Both the position numbers and the translations under genes were made by a program. DNA of 32,000 nucleotides from Erysipelotrichaceae bacterium (GTDB lineage: Bacteria; Bacillota_I; Bacilli_A; Erysipelotrichales; Erysipelotrichaceae). A model generated the notes under the pieces. It saw only the letters and a program-made list of their open reading frames with translations, ran no database searches and had not been told where the DNA came from. Shown one piece after another: positions 14,779-25,324 of this stretch. Position 1 is the stretch's first letter, and every line of letters begins with the position of its first letter. The DNA is taken from contig OY760660.1 of the NCBI GenBank assembly GCA_963663995.1, positions 540,001-572,000 on the forward strand. The letters are read 5' to 3'.

Positions 14779-15546
14779 CTAAATGACCATAAATGAATAT
14801 AAAACATAGAAACTGACTAAAACAAATAGTAATGAGTCAATTCGATCTAATACACCACCATGAGCTGGGAATATTGTCCCAAAATCTTTAACACCAAAAT
14901 AACGTTTAATCGCTGATAAAGATAAATCTCCAAATTGAGCAACAATCGGTAAAATGGCAGAAGCAATAAGCATGACATTAAATGGGACTGAATCAATTAA
15001 GAAATAAGCATATAAACTTGATAAGGCAAATGATACTAACCATCCACCAATCGCACCTTCAACTGTTTTCTTAGGTGAAATCCTCTCATTTAATTTATGC
15101 TTTCCAAACAGATATCCCGAAAAATAAGCAGCTGTATCAGTTAAATATGTTACGACCAACATATATACAAGGGTTAAATTACCTAAACCTTGGATAAGTA
15201 ATACCCCTTTTAAAGCTGCACTAAAGAGTAATACCATTGATAATAGATAACCTGCATCAAAGGGTAAAAACCATTCAAAAAAGATAGGTAATGACATCAA
15301 AACCATCGTTGAAATAACCAAGACCAGGAATAGATCATTTAAATTTAATGCAACCATGGCAATAACCATCAACATCACTAAAAAATAAACCCAAAGTGGC
15401 CAGACATCTGCTTTTAAAGCATACACTTCATAAACACCAAAAGAAATGAATAAGACCACTAAGATTTTAAAAGGGATACCACCGATTAAAAAAGCGGGAA
15501 TAACAACTGCTAATATCGCAAGCCCAGTAATAATTCTTTGTTTCAT
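14779..15546 (-). CDS. cdsA: Phosphatidate cytidylyltransferase (CDP-diglyceride synthase)
   Basis: Polytopic membrane protein with the C-terminal signature SAIKRYFGVKDFGTIFPAHGGVLDRIDS. Confidence 0.9.
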   Translation of the reverse strand: MKQRIITGLAILAVVIPAFLIGGIPFKILVVLFISFGVYEVYALKADVWPLWVYFLVMLMVIAMVALNLNDLFLVLVISTMVLMSLPIFFEWFLPFDAGYLLSMVLLFSAALKGVLLIQGLGNLTLVYMLVVTYLTDTAAYFSGYLFGKHKLNERISPKKTVEGAIGGWLVSFALSSLYAYFLIDSVPFNVMLIASAILPIVAQFGDLSLSAIKRYFGVKDFGTIFPAHGGVLDRIDSLLFVLVSFYVLYSFMVI

Positions 15547-15549
15547 CTT

Positions 15550-16242
15550 TTATAGTCCCCCAAATCTTCGATCACGTTGTGCGACGTCAGCTAAAATTGA
15601 TTTAAATAAGTCGGCACTAAAAGCTGGCCAAGGTGTTGGTTCAAAAACTAATTCAGCATAGGCTAATTGCCAAAGTAAAAAGTTAGAAAGACGAGTTTCA
15701 CCAGATGTTCTGATGCATACATCTACATCTGGATAATCTTTAGTCATCATATATTGATTGAAGTCTTCTTCACTAATATCGATGTCTTGTTTCATGTCTA
15801 AAACAGCTTGTGCATACTTTTGAGCAGCTAAAGTAATTTCTCGACGTCCACCATAATTCATCGCAAAATTAAGAATCATTCCGGTGTTAGTTGAAGTCGT
15901 TTTAATCGCTCTTTCAAGGACATCCCGAGTACTATCAGGAAAAGCTGATAATTCACCAATACTTTGAATACGAATATTTTTATCCATCAGTTCTTTTAAG
16001 AAACGTTTAAAAAAGACATCAGGTAATTTCATTAAGAAATCGACTTCTTCTTTTGGACGTTTCCAATTTTCCGTAGAAAAAGCATAGAGTGTTAAAACCT
16101 CTATTCCTAAATCATTGGCCGCTATCGCGATTTCACGAACTTTTTCTGAACCTTCTTGATGTCCAAATGTTCTCTCTTTATTTTGTGCTTTCGCCCAACG
16201 ACCATTTCCATCCATAATAATGGCTACGTGTCTAAATCCCAT
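15550..16242 (-). CDS. uppS: Undecaprenyl (isoprenyl) diphosphate synthase
   Basis: HVAIIMDGNGRWA, FSTENWKRP, IRTSGETRLSNFLLWQ. Start moved to the ATG at 16242, which has a TAGGAG SD. The track start is a GTG inside the upstream hairpin. Confidence 0.92.
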   Translation of the reverse strand: MGFRHVAIIMDGNGRWAKAQNKERTFGHQEGSEKVREIAIAANDLGIEVLTLYAFSTENWKRPKEEVDFLMKLPDVFFKRFLKELMDKNIRIQSIGELSAFPDSTRDVLERAIKTTSTNTGMILNFAMNYGGRREITLAAQKYAQAVLDMKQDIDISEEDFNQYMMTKDYPDVDVCIRTSGETRLSNFLLWQLAYAELVFEPTPWPAFSADLFKSILADVAQRDRRFGGL

Positions 16243-16254
16243 AGTGCTCCTATT

Positions 16255-16282
16255 AAGAAAGAAGCTCACACAAAGTGAGCTT
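16255..16282 (-). terminator. Hairpin after frr (terminator/attenuator)
   Basis: Minus strand: AAGCTCAC-TTTGT-GTGAGCTT followed by CTTTCTT. The 8-bp stem overlaps the frr stop. The U-tract is interrupted, so termination is probably partial. Confidence 0.5.
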
Positions 16283-16826
16283 ACACAGTCATAATTTCTT
16301 TGTCTTTTTCAGCAACGATACTATCGATGCGTTTAATTTGCTCATCCAAAAGTTTTTGAATCTTCTCATGAGCTCTTTTTTCTTCATCTTCTGTTAATGT
16401 ATCATCTTTTTTAATATGATCATTAGCATCACGACGAACATTACGTAAATCTACTTTTGCTTCTTCAGCAAACTTCGCAACTTGTTTCGTTAAGTCTTTA
16501 CGTGTTTCTTCGGTAAGTGGTGGAACATTAATACGAATCACGGTTCCATCATTTTGTGGATTCATGCCTAAATTATGAGCATTAATCGCATGTTCAATTT
16601 CCTTTAGGAATGTTGGGTCATAAGGTTTAATGACTAATGTACGCCCTTCCACAACGGAGATTGATCCAACTTGATTTAATGGTGTTGGTGAACCATAGTA
16701 ATTGATTGATACTTCCGCGAGTTGATTAGGGTTAGCGCGACCAGTACGAATCGTTTGAAAGTGTGCTTCGAGTTTTTCGATGCGCTCTTCCATTTTAAGT
16801 TCTGCTCTGTCTAAATGTTCTTGCAT
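16281..16826 (-). CDS. frr: Ribosome recycling factor
   Basis: 181 aa. Typical RRF sequence (FQTIRTGRANP, INVPPLTEE.RK.L.K) and conserved pyrH-frr-uppS context. Confidence 0.95.
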   Translation of the reverse strand: MQEHLDRAELKMEERIEKLEAHFQTIRTGRANPNQLAEVSINYYGSPTPLNQVGSISVVEGRTLVIKPYDPTFLKEIEHAINAHNLGMNPQNDGTVIRINVPPLTEETRKDLTKQVAKFAEEAKVDLRNVRRDANDHIKKDDTLTEDEEKRAHEKIQKLLDEQIKRIDSIVAEKDKEIMTV

Positions 16827-16830
16827 AAAT

Positions 16831-17538
16831 TTACTCCTTTGTGACTAAGGTGCCGATTTTCTCACCTGATACTGCCTTTAAGATATTTCCGCTAGTGTTC
16901 ATATTGAAGACAACTAAATCAATATCATTATCCATACACATGCTAATGGCAGTTGAATCCATAACTTGAAGTTGTTTTTGTAACACTTCCATATAAGTAA
17001 GTTTATCAAATTTTACAGCATTTTTGTCTTTTTTCGGATCAGCGCTATAAACACCATCAACCCCATTCTTAGCCATTAAGATCACATCAGCATCAATTTC
17101 TGAAGCTCTTAAAGCAGCCGTTGAATCAGTTGAAAAATAAGGTGAGCCTGTTCCTGCGGCAAAAATAACAACACGACCTTTATCTAAATGACGAATTGCA
17201 CGTCTAACAATAAATGGTTCGGCAATCTTACTCATTTCAATGGCAGATTGAACACGAGTCGCAAGACCATGCTTTTCAAATACACCTTGAATCGCAATCG
17301 CATTAATCACTGTTCCAAGCATACCCATATAGTCTGCTTGAACACGATCAACGCCCATATCGTCGGCAAATTTACCACGGATAAAATTACCACCGCCAAC
17401 GACAATGGCCACTTGTATACCACTATCTTGTAAGGATTTAACTTCTTCAGCGATATTCGCTAATACTTCTGGGTTGAAACCATTGCTTTTACCAGCTAAA
17501 GCTTCACCGCTCAACTTTAAGAGCACGCGTCGATACAT
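16831..17538 (-). CDS. pyrH: UMP kinase
   Basis: [25 protein letters not shown], and a position between tsf and frr. Confidence 0.95.
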   Translation of the reverse strand: MYRRVLLKLSGEALAGKSNGFNPEVLANIAEEVKSLQDSGIQVAIVVGGGNFIRGKFADDMGVDRVQADYMGMLGTVINAIAIQGVFEKHGLATRVQSAIEMSKIAEPFIVRRAIRHLDKGRVVIFAAGTGSPYFSTDSTAALRASEIDADVILMAKNGVDGVYSADPKKDKNAVKFDKLTYMEVLQKQLQVMDSTAISMCMDNDIDLVVFNMNTSGNILKAVSGEKIGTLVTKE

Positions 17539-17555
17539 GTTATATTAACCTCCAT

Positions 17556-17581
17556 TTGAAAAAGGACACAAATGTGTCCTT
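17556..17581 (-). terminator. Intrinsic terminator/attenuator after tsf
   Basis: Minus strand: AAGGACAC-ATTT-GTGTCCTT followed by TTTC. It is followed by the GGAGG SD of pyrH. Confidence 0.6.
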
Positions 17582-17586
17582 AGTGC

Positions 17587-18471
17587 TTAAAATTTTTGAT
17601 TTAAAACTTCTTCTGCAAAGTTTTCTTCTTTTTTCTCTATACCTTCGCCAACGGCGTAACGTACAAAGTAAGTAACTTCTGCACTTGCTTCTTTAAGAAC
17701 ATTAGCCACTTTTTTATCTTGATCCTTAAAGTAAATTTGATCAACAAGAGATGAATCTTGTAAAGACTTACTTAAACGACCTTCTAAGATACCTTTTTTA
17801 ACATTGTCAGGTTTAGATGCTAATGCTTCATCATTGTTTAGAATTTCAGTTTGAATTGCACGTTCGTGTTCAATGAATTCTTCAGGCATATGATTACGTG
17901 AAATATAAGTAGGCATCATGGATGCAACTTGCATTGCCATATCCTTACAGATTTCTTCATTACCATTCTTAACTTTAACAACAACTGAAATTTTTCCGCC
18001 CATATGGATATATAGACCAAAACTTTCATCAGCTGCTTTTTCAACTTTTTCAATACGACGTAAAGTGATTTTTTCACCAATTGTCGCAGTCGCATCTAAC
18101 ATTGTTGCTTCTAATGTTTTACCATTGAATTCAAATGCTAAAGCGTCTTCTAAAGTGGCTGCATTACTTGCTAGTAATGCTTCACCAACCGTTTTGATTA
18201 GTTCTAAGAATTTATCGTTTTTCGCAACGAAGTCAGTTTCTGAATTAACTTCAAAAACATAAGCAACGTTTCCGTTTTCAACAGCGCCGGTTAAACCTTC
18301 AGCTGCAACACGATCAGCTTTTTTAGCAGCTTTAGAGATGCCTTTTTCGCGTAACCAGTCAATCGCTTTTGCGATATCACCGTCAGTAGCTTCTAAAGCT
18401 TTCTTACAGTCCATCATCCCTGCGCCAGTTTTTTCACGCAGTTCTTTAACTTGTGCCGCACTAATAGCCAT
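17587..18471 (-). CDS. tsf: Elongation factor Ts
   Basis: [26 protein letters not shown] (UBA-like N-terminus). 294 aa. The start overlaps the rpsB stop (TAATG). Confidence 0.95.
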   Translation of the reverse strand: MAISAAQVKELREKTGAGMMDCKKALEATDGDIAKAIDWLREKGISKAAKKADRVAAEGLTGAVENGNVAYVFEVNSETDFVAKNDKFLELIKTVGEALLASNAATLEDALAFEFNGKTLEATMLDATATIGEKITLRRIEKVEKAADESFGLYIHMGGKISVVVKVKNGNEEICKDMAMQVASMMPTYISRNHMPEEFIEHERAIQTEILNNDEALASKPDNVKKGILEGRLSKSLQDSSLVDQIYFKDQDKKVANVLKEASAEVTYFVRYAVGEGIEKKEENFAEEVLNQKF

Positions 18472-19415
18472 TACTCTGCTCCTTCGCTTTTTTCTACTTT
18501 TTCACTCGCTACAACTTCATTACTTTCAGGTTTTGGAGTGTATTTTTTGAAGTCACGTGGACGACGTTCGAAAGGTTTACGACCATTACGATCACCTTCT
18601 TTTGCACGACGTTCTTCAGCACGTTGACGACGACGACGATCATTTTCAGCATTGATACGATCAACAGTGATAATAACGTCTTTCATTGTAATATCTTCTT
18701 CGCCTTCCTCTTCTTGGAATGCGTAACTTAATAAACCACCTTTGCTTTCAACAATCGCATCTGCCATTAAACTTGTAATAAGTTTAATTGAACGGATTGC
18801 GTCATCGTTTGCATAAATTGGATAATCAGCCCATTCTGGGTCTGCATTAGTATCGATAATCGCGAAGACAGGGATACCTAATTTTTGTGCTTCTTTAACC
18901 GCGATAAGATCTTCAGTTGGATCAACAACGAAAATCGCATCCGGAGTTTTCTTCATTTCTTTAATGCCACCTAAGAAGTTTTCTAAACGAAGTTCTTCCT
19001 TTTTGATAAGGACGATTTCCTTTTTAGGGTAAACATTGATTGTTCCGCTTGCTTGCATTTCTTGAATATCAAGTAAACGTTTAATACGTTTTTGGATGGT
19101 TCTAAAGTTTGTTAGAGTACCACCTAACCAACGTTGGTTGATGTAGAAAGAACCTGAACGAAGTGCTTCATCTAAAACGATTTGTTGCGCTTGTTTTTTT
19201 GTTCCTACAAATAATACTTTGCCGTTTTTCTCAGCAATCTCACGCATTGCTGCATAAGCTGCGTCTAATCCAACCATAGTTTTTTCTAGGTTGATAATGT
19301 AGACATTGTTTTTAACCGCATAAATATTCGGTTTCATTTTTGGATTCCATTTTTTACGTTGATGACCGTAATGAGATCCATGTTCTAATAACTTCTTCAT
19401 CGATACGACTGACAT
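18471..19415 (-). CDS. rpsB: 30S ribosomal protein S2 with a long charged C-terminal extension
   Basis: Start corrected to the ATG at 19415 ([27 protein letters not shown]), with a GAGAGG SD. The track start is a TTG in the leader. 314 aa; the last ~80 aa are an Arg/Glu/Lys-rich tail. Confidence 0.93.
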   Translation of the reverse strand: MSVVSMKKLLEHGSHYGHQRKKWNPKMKPNIYAVKNNVYIINLEKTMVGLDAAYAAMREIAEKNGKVLFVGTKKQAQQIVLDEALRSGSFYINQRWLGGTLTNFRTIQKRIKRLLDIQEMQASGTINVYPKKEIVLIKKEELRLENFLGGIKEMKKTPDAIFVVDPTEDLIAVKEAQKLGIPVFAIIDTNADPEWADYPIYANDDAIRSIKLITSLMADAIVESKGGLLSYAFQEEEGEEDITMKDVIITVDRINAENDRRRRQRAEERRAKEGDRNGRKPFERRPRDFKKYTPKPESNEVVASEKVEKSEGAE

Positions 19416-19523
19416 ATAAATTGCCTCTCTTTCCGTTAGTCCTCCACCAGTTCTGACACAGGTAACCAATTTGGCACGGATCTGTGAATTCCTGATGTGT
19501 GAAGAGCGTCCGCTAAGACGCCA
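19416..19523 (-). ncRNA. Structured 5' leader of rpsB-tsf (candidate r-protein autoregulatory element)
   Basis: ~108 nt between the predicted TSS and the ATG, visibly more GC-rich than its surroundings. Contains hairpin GGCGTC-TTAGCG-GACGCT, a possible long-range CACAC..AGG/CCTGTGT pairing, and an orphan GGTGGAGG SD-like box ~30 nt before the real SD. Confidence 0.4.
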
Positions 19524-19529
19524 TTGAAT

Positions 19530-19558
19530 AATATACCATTAACTACTTTTTTACACAA
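19530..19558 (-). promoter_or_regulatory. Putative rpsB promoter (TTGTGT-17 nt-TGgTATATT, extended -10)
   Basis: Minus strand: TTGTGT (19558-19553), a 17-nt spacer ending in TGG, then TATATT (19535-19530). Confidence 0.5.
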
Positions 19559-19561
19559 GAC

Positions 19562-19594
19562 CTATTGCTTAGCTATTGCTTAGCTATTGCTTAG
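19562..19594. repeat. Perfect 11-bp x 3 direct tandem repeat (plus strand CTATTGCTTAG; minus strand CTAAGCAATAG)
   Basis: Read directly. The copy at 19584-19594 contains the xerC stop codon. The array ends 3 bp from the -35 of the predicted rpsB promoter. Confidence 0.95.
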
Positions 19595-20483
19595 CGCGTG
19601 GATGCGCCTTTAAATATGATTTTTTTAAACGATCTAAAGAAACATGGGTATAGATTTGCGTTGTACTTAAATTTTCATGACCTAAGAGTTCTTGAACCAC
19701 TCTTAAATCTGCGCCATTATCTAACAGATGAGTCGCAAATGAGTGACGAAGCATATGTGGATGAATCGAACGCATAATCCCCGCTTTTTTAGCGGAGACA
19801 TCTAAGATATATTGGACGCTTCTAACAGAGATCGCTTTACCTGTTTTAGAAACAAATACCCGACGATGATTTAAACCGTTTAAGAGTTGTGGTCGAGCAT
19901 GCTCTATATAATCCTTTAAAGAAATAGAAATAGCTTCGTAAAAAGGTGTGATTCTCTCTTTATTTCCTTTTCCGATGAAACGCAAAGTTCTTGAATGATA
20001 ATCGATATCATCAAGATTTAATTGAGTGAGTTCGGAAACCCGCAAACCACAGGCATACATCAATTCAAACATGACTCGATTACGATAGCCTTCAGGCTCA
20101 TTTAAATCAAAGCTTTCAAGTAAAGTTAAAACTTCCTCAAACATCATAAAATCAGGAAGATGCTTGACCCCTTTAGGATTTTTTATTCGCTTAACTGGGT
20201 TTTTTAATACTTCATCTTCTTCAACTAAATATTTATAAAAACTTCTTAGTGAACTTAATTTGCGTGACAAGGTACTCGCTTTATAGTTTTTAAATTGTTC
20301 TGTTTGTAAATTTTCAAAGTACTGATTGATGTGTTTCACATAAATATCTTTAAAATCTAAACCACTATCTTTAAAATAAGCTGCAAAGTCTCTTAAATCT
20401 TTTTCATATGCATTACGCGTATGAATGGACGTATTTGTAGCTGTTTTCGCAATTAAGAATTTATCGATGAGTGATTCATTCAT
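19584..20483 (-). CDS. xerC: Tyrosine recombinase XerC (CodV-like)
   Basis: ACGLRVSEL (Arg), [14 protein letters not shown] (H-x-x-R), [16 protein letters not shown] (catalytic Tyr). Sits in the topA-trmFO-xerC context as in Bacillus. ATGA overlap with trmFO. Confidence 0.88.
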   Translation of the reverse strand: MNESLIDKFLIAKTATNTSIHTRNAYEKDLRDFAAYFKDSGLDFKDIYVKHINQYFENLQTEQFKNYKASTLSRKLSSLRSFYKYLVEEDEVLKNPVKRIKNPKGVKHLPDFMMFEEVLTLLESFDLNEPEGYRNRVMFELMYACGLRVSELTQLNLDDIDYHSRTLRFIGKGNKERITPFYEAISISLKDYIEHARPQLLNGLNHRRVFVSKTGKAISVRSVQYILDVSAKKAGIMRSIHPHMLRHSFATHLLDNGADLRVVQELLGHENLSTTQIYTHVSLDRLKKSYLKAHPRAKQ

Positions 20484-21778
20484 ATCTCACTTATTAGTTT
20501 ATCAATAACTTCAAGCGCTTGAGTAGCAATTTTTTCTTTACGTTCTTTCTTTTTAGCCTTTTGATCAAAATGAACTAAACCAAAATTGGCATTCATCGGT
20601 TGAAAAGCATCTGGATTAGCATGACTAATGTAATACGCTAAAGAACCGATGACACAGGTATTAGGGAAAGTGATATATTCACTTCCTTCTAACATCCTAA
20701 CGCATTGTAGAGCCCCTAAAAGACCACTTGCAGCTGATTCTACATAACCTTCAACACCACTCATTTGACCAACAAAGAACCAGTTAGGATTTGATTTAAG
20801 TTGAAATTGCTGATTTAAAAGTTTGGGTGAATTTAAATAAGAATTACGATGCATCACCCCATAACGAACAATCTCTGCATTCTCTAAACCAGGAATCATT
20901 CGTAAGATACGTTTTTGTTCACCCCACGTTAAATGGGTCTGGAAACCAACGATATTGTATAAAGAAGCAGCGGCATTATCTTGTCTTAATTGAACAACCG
21001 CATAAGGTCTTTTTTGACCTTCTTGTTCTAAACCAACAGGTTTCATTGGACCAAATAGTAAGGTTTGATCACCACGACGTGCCATTTCTTCAAAAGGCAT
21101 ACAACCTTCAAAAAATATTTCTTTTTCAAAACTCTTTAATTCTGCTGTTTTTGCAGTAATGAGTTCACGATAAAAAGCATCAAACTCATCTTTTGTCATA
21201 GGACAGTTAATATAATCTTGACCATCCCCTTTGTCATATCGAGATTTATAGTAAGCAATATCAAAATTAATACTTTCTTTCTCAACAATTGGTGCAGCCG
21301 CATCATAGAAATATAGCGACTCAGAATTCAATTGTTCTTGAATAAACTTCGCTAATGGATCCGAGGTTAAAGGACCACTAGCTATAATGGTCACTTCATC
21401 AGGATTTAGACTAACAATTTCCTCATCATGAACATTAATGAGTGGATGATTTTTGATTTTATCGGTAATTAATTCAGAAAAGCGATGACGATCAACTGCT
21501 AAGGCTGATCCTGCAGGAACAGAAGTTGCATCAGCACTTTCTATAATCAAAGAGTTTAAACGTCTCATTTCCTCTTTTAAAACACCAACCGCATTAGAAA
21601 GTTGATTTGAGCGTAATGAGTTAGAACATACAAGTTCAGCAAAACTATCCAGACTATGCGCAGCCGTTTTCTTTAAAGCCTTCATTTCATAGAGATCAAC
21701 TTCAATCCCTTTTTCAGCACATTGCCAAGCGGCTTCACTGCCAGCTAAACCAGCCCCAATAATTTTAATTTTCTTCAT
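20480..21778 (-). CDS. trmFO: Folate-dependent tRNA (m5U54) methyltransferase TrmFO (Gid)
   Basis: True start is [19 protein letters not shown] at 21778 (432 aa). The 89 extra N-terminal residues in the track are read-through into the topA 3' end. Confidence 0.92.
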   Translation of the reverse strand: MKKIKIIGAGLAGSEAAWQCAEKGIEVDLYEMKALKKTAAHSLDSFAELVCSNSLRSNQLSNAVGVLKEEMRRLNSLIIESADATSVPAGSALAVDRHRFSELITDKIKNHPLINVHDEEIVSLNPDEVTIIASGPLTSDPLAKFIQEQLNSESLYFYDAAAPIVEKESINFDIAYYKSRYDKGDGQDYINCPMTKDEFDAFYRELITAKTAELKSFEKEIFFEGCMPFEEMARRGDQTLLFGPMKPVGLEQEGQKRPYAVVQLRQDNAAASLYNIVGFQTHLTWGEQKRILRMIPGLENAEIVRYGVMHRNSYLNSPKLLNQQFQLKSNPNWFFVGQMSGVEGYVESAASGLLGALQCVRMLEGSEYITFPNTCVIGSLAYYISHANPDAFQPMNANFGLVHFDQKAKKKERKEKIATQALEVIDKLISEI

Positions 21779-23897
21779 CTTCAGATTTTTTTTCTTCTTT
21801 TTTAATGTATCGACACTTTGGATAGCCAGAACAGCCCACAAAAGCTTTACCATAACGAGAAACTCTTTCAACAAGTGGCTTACCACAGTCTGGACAATTC
21901 TCACCAGTTTCTTTAGGCATTCTTGATTTACCATCTGCCCCTTGGATATATCGACAACTTGGATAGTTTGAACATCCAATAAATTCTTTACCAAAACGGG
22001 AAACACGCTTAACCAGTGGTGATCCACATTCAGGACAATTTTCACCTGTTAATTCTGGTTCTTTTTTCTCTGGTTTTTCAATATAGTCACATTCTGGATA
22101 GTTACCACAAGCAACAAAGACACCAAAACGACCTTTTCTTTCGACAAGCTCACCACCACATTTAGGACATTCACGTCCAACTTTGACTGGTGCTATTTTT
22201 TCCATTTCATTCAATGCTTTTTCATACATCGGTTGGAATTTATCATAGAAATCTGTTAATTCATCAATTGAATCACGTGTACCTTCAGCAATGTGATCTA
22301 AATCATCTTCCATCGCTTTGGTGTAATCAACATTAATAATAGAATCAAAATACTCTAGTAATTTAGTGTTTGTTAAAATACCTTCTTCAGTTGGGAAGAA
22401 AACTTTTGTTTTACCACCTTCTGAATTTTTTTCAAGTTTGACATAGTTACGACTAACAATTGTATCTAAAGTAGATGCATAGGTTGAAGGACGACCAATC
22501 CCCTTCTTTTCCATAGCATCGATTAAGCGCGCTTCAGAATAACGAAGTGGCGGTTTAGTGAAGGATTGAATGCCATTGATTTTTTGAGCATCAATTTCCT
22601 CTTTTTCATCTAAATGCGGTAATTGAGCTTCATTGGATACATCATATTTTGCATACACTTTTAAATAACCATCGAAAACAAGTTTTGAACCACGTGCGAC
22701 AAATCTAAAATCTTTTTGGCTTAAATAAATATTTTGATTGAGTGATTTTGGTGAAGTCATTAAAGACGCTAATGTTCGAGCGTAAATCAATGCATACAAT
22801 TTATATTCATCATTGGTTAAATGTTCTTTAATTAATTCTGGATCATGTTCAAGATGTGAAGGTCTAACTGCTTCATGGGCATCTTGTGCATTTTCATCTT
22901 GTTTAACTTTATATGAGCCTAAATATTTAGCACCAAATTTATCTTTAATAAGACTTTGCGCTTCTGTCACGAAATCATTGGATAAACGTGTACTATCGGT
23001 TCTCATATAGGTAATTAAACCTTCTTGACCATTTCCTACATTAATCCCTTCATAAAGTTTTTGGGCAACACGCATCGTTTTCTTTGCGGAGAAGGATAAT
23101 TTATTAGCCGCTTCTTGTTGAAGTGCAGAAGTTGTGAAAGGAAATTTCCCTTGTTTAGTCACATTTTTTTCTTCAATGCTTGAAACAATGAAATGATTAT
23201 CTAAAAGACCTAAGACTCGATCAGCTTCTGTTTTATTTTTAACTTTTATGGTTTTATCATGCTCACGATCAAGTTCTGCTTCAAATTCAATCGCATCTTT
23301 TTCAAATAATGCTTTAATCGCCCATTTTTCTTCAGGTACAAAAGCATTAATCTCATTTTCTTTTTCAACAATTAAGCGAACCGCTACTGATTGAACACGA
23401 CCAGCAGATTTAGATTTGATTTTACGTTGCAGTAGCGTTGATAGTCTAAAACCAATGATACGGTCAACAATACGACGTGTTTCTTGAGATTTTACCAATT
23501 GCATATCAATTGGACGTGGATGATCAAAAGCAGCTTTAACCGCCTTTTCTGTAATTTCATTAAAGATAACTCGATTTGCTTCATTAACATCTAAACCTAA
23601 TTCGTTGGCTAAATGCCAAGAAATGGCTTCACCTTCACGGTCAGGGTCAGTTGCGAGAAAAACAAGTTCAGCTTTTTTAGCTTTATCTTTTAATTCTTTT
23701 ACCGTTGTTTTTTTATCGGTATGTACTTTATAGGTAGCTACGAATTTATTTTCTACATCAACACCTAAACCACCTTTACCGGTAGTTGCTAAATCATTTA
23801 TATGACCTTTAGAAGAAAGTACTTCATAGTCCTTCCCTAAGTATTTTTGAATTGTTTTAGATTTGGATGGGGATTCTACAATTACGAGTTTTGACAT
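21765..23897 (-). CDS. topA: DNA topoisomerase I
   Basis: Start corrected to 23897 ([27 protein letters not shown]) with an AGGAGGAAG SD. Three C-terminal C4 zinc ribbons (CPKCGG...CGNYPEC, CPECGS...CSNYPSC, CPDCGK...CSGYPKC). Confidence 0.95.
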   Translation of the reverse strand: MSKLVIVESPSKSKTIQKYLGKDYEVLSSKGHINDLATTGKGGLGVDVENKFVATYKVHTDKKTTVKELKDKAKKAELVFLATDPDREGEAISWHLANELGLDVNEANRVIFNEITEKAVKAAFDHPRPIDMQLVKSQETRRIVDRIIGFRLSTLLQRKIKSKSAGRVQSVAVRLIVEKENEINAFVPEEKWAIKALFEKDAIEFEAELDREHDKTIKVKNKTEADRVLGLLDNHFIVSSIEEKNVTKQGKFPFTTSALQQEAANKLSFSAKKTMRVAQKLYEGINVGNGQEGLITYMRTDSTRLSNDFVTEAQSLIKDKFGAKYLGSYKVKQDENAQDAHEAVRPSHLEHDPELIKEHLTNDEYKLYALIYARTLASLMTSPKSLNQNIYLSQKDFRFVARGSKLVFDGYLKVYAKYDVSNEAQLPHLDEKEEIDAQKINGIQSFTKPPLRYSEARLIDAMEKKGIGRPSTYASTLDTIVSRNYVKLEKNSEGGKTKVFFPTEEGILTNTKLLEYFDSIINVDYTKAMEDDLDHIAEGTRDSIDELTDFYDKFQPMYEKALNEMEKIAPVKVGRECPKCGGELVERKGRFGVFVACGNYPECDYIEKPEKKEPELTGENCPECGSPLVKRVSRFGKEFIGCSNYPSCRYIQGADGKSRMPKETGENCPDCGKPLVERVSRYGKAFVGCSGYPKCRYIKKEEKKSEDEEN

Positions 23898-23948
23898 ATG
23901 CTTCCTCCTAATATCTGAGATGTCTTTAACAAAATCTCTTGTCAAGTA

Positions 23949-24686
23949 TCATAGTTTGAACAAAGAATAATCACTTGTCAAGAGCGAAGCACCTTGTTCA
24001 ATTAAATTATTACACCCTAAACCTTCACTTTCATCCATATGAAAAGGACAAACAAATATCTCTTTTCCCATATTCAAGGCAAACTCAACTGTACTCATGG
24101 TTCCACTTTTTGAAGCAGCTTGCATGACTACTAATTGTTCACCTAAAGCAGCGATTAATCGATTTCTCGCAATGAATTGATGTTTTTGAATGGGGGCTTG
24201 TGGTGGGTATTCAGAAAGAATTAAACCATAACGTTTAATTTGTTGATACAGTTCTTGATGTGATGATGGATAAATAATATCAATTCCACAACCTAGTATC
24301 GCTATCGTTTGATGTTTTTTAAGTGCTGCAATATGTGCTTGTCCATCAATCCCTTTTGCTAAACCAGAAATAATGACCATATCTTTAGGTGCATGATTAA
24401 TCAGTTCATCGGTCATTTTCAAAGCATAATCACTGGCTTTTCTAGAACCTATCACAGAAATGGATCTTTTCTTAAGTAAATTGATATTACCTAGCGTATA
24501 TAAAACATAAGGTGGATCAGAAAGTGCTAATAATGATTTGGGATACAAGGGATCACCAATGACTATACGCTGAACATTACAGGTACATGGATAAGCCTTT
24601 TCATTTCGTTCTATCGCTTTTTTAATGTGGTGGATGTCACCTTTATACTTAAATGAATAATATAATATTTTTTCTCTTTCGCTCAT
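23949..24686 (-). CDS. dprA: DNA processing protein DprA/Smf (short form, Rossmann core only)
   Basis: ISVIGSRKASDY, IISGLAKGIDGQAHIAAL, ARNRLIAALG. Lies upstream of topA, as in Bacillus. Confidence 0.88.
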   Translation of the reverse strand: MSEREKILYYSFKYKGDIHHIKKAIERNEKAYPCTCNVQRIVIGDPLYPKSLLALSDPPYVLYTLGNINLLKKRSISVIGSRKASDYALKMTDELINHAPKDMVIISGLAKGIDGQAHIAALKKHQTIAILGCGIDIIYPSSHQELYQQIKRYGLILSEYPPQAPIQKHQFIARNRLIAALGEQLVVMQAASKSGTMSTVEFALNMGKEIFVCPFHMDESEGLGCNNLIEQGASLLTSDYSLFKL

Positions 24687-24718
24687 ACCATTAGTATTTG
24701 CGAAAAGAAATAATAATC

Positions 24719-25324
24719 CTAATCAAATAGAGAGATTTGATTCATTTTGGCCACAGGTCCATACGTTTGACGATGAATCTTTAAAACACCATATTTTTCT
24801 AAAGCAGCAATATGGGCTTTTGTTGGATAACCTTTATGCTGCTTAAAACCATATTCTGGATATTTTTGATCATACATCACCATAATATAATCACGCATCT
24901 CTTTCGCTACAATACTAGCTGCCGCAATCGATATTGATCTTGAATCACCCTTAATAAATGATTGATAATCTTTATTTAAATTCTCTAATGGCATGGCATC
25001 CGTAAAAACAATGTCGACAACTGCATTTTGGGCAATTGTATGCATTGCTAATTGAGTTGCGCGATAAATATTATGTTTATCAATTTCTTGAGCACTGACA
25101 CTGACAATCGATATCCATAAAGCATCCTTTAAAATATCATGAAAACATTGATTTCTTTTCTTCGCACTTAATTGTTTTGAATCATTGATTAAAGGATGAT
25201 TATAGTTCATTGGTAAAACAACACCACAAACAACACAGGGTCCTGCTAAAGGTCCACGTCCAGCTTCATCTATTCCACAAATGACTTTGTCTTTAAACTC
25301 ATTCTCCAGCCAAATCTTCGACAT
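24719..25324 (-). CDS. rnhB: Ribonuclease HII
   Basis: ICGIDEAGRGPLAGP (DEAGRG catalytic motif), DSKQLS, and GDS....IAAASI.AK. The ATG at 25324 is preferred over the track TTG at 25330. Overlaps the ylqF 3' end. Confidence 0.9.
   Translation of the reverse strand: MSKIWLENEFKDKVICGIDEAGRGPLAGPCVVCGVVLPMNYNHPLINDSKQLSAKKRNQCFHDILKDALWISIVSVSAQEIDKHNIYRATQLAMHTIAQNAVVDIVFTDAMPLENLNKDYQSFIKGDSRSISIAAASIVAKEMRDYIMVMYDQKYPEYGFKQHKGYPTKAHIAALEKYGVLKIHRQTYGPVAKMNQISLFD

Noticed and set aside
19562-19594. 11-bp tandem repeat as a dif site, a CRISPR-like array or a phase-variation switch for xerC
   Set aside because: It has no resemblance to the 28-bp dif architecture and has no spacers. Copy-number change leaves the XerC reading frame and stop unchanged.
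19584-20483. Tyrosine recombinase as the integrase of a mobile element
   Set aside because: It sits in the conserved topA-trmFO-xerC(codV) context with an ATGA overlap to trmFO. No att-like repeats, excisionase or cargo genes are present, so it is the chromosomal dimer-resolution XerC.
21779-22045. 89-aa N-terminal extension of trmFO in the ORF track (and similar extensions of rpsB, rpsP, trmD, topA, uppS, rseP)
   Set aside because: The extensions overlap the upstream gene or leader. They lack an SD and precede the conserved family N-terminus, which in each case has its own SD.
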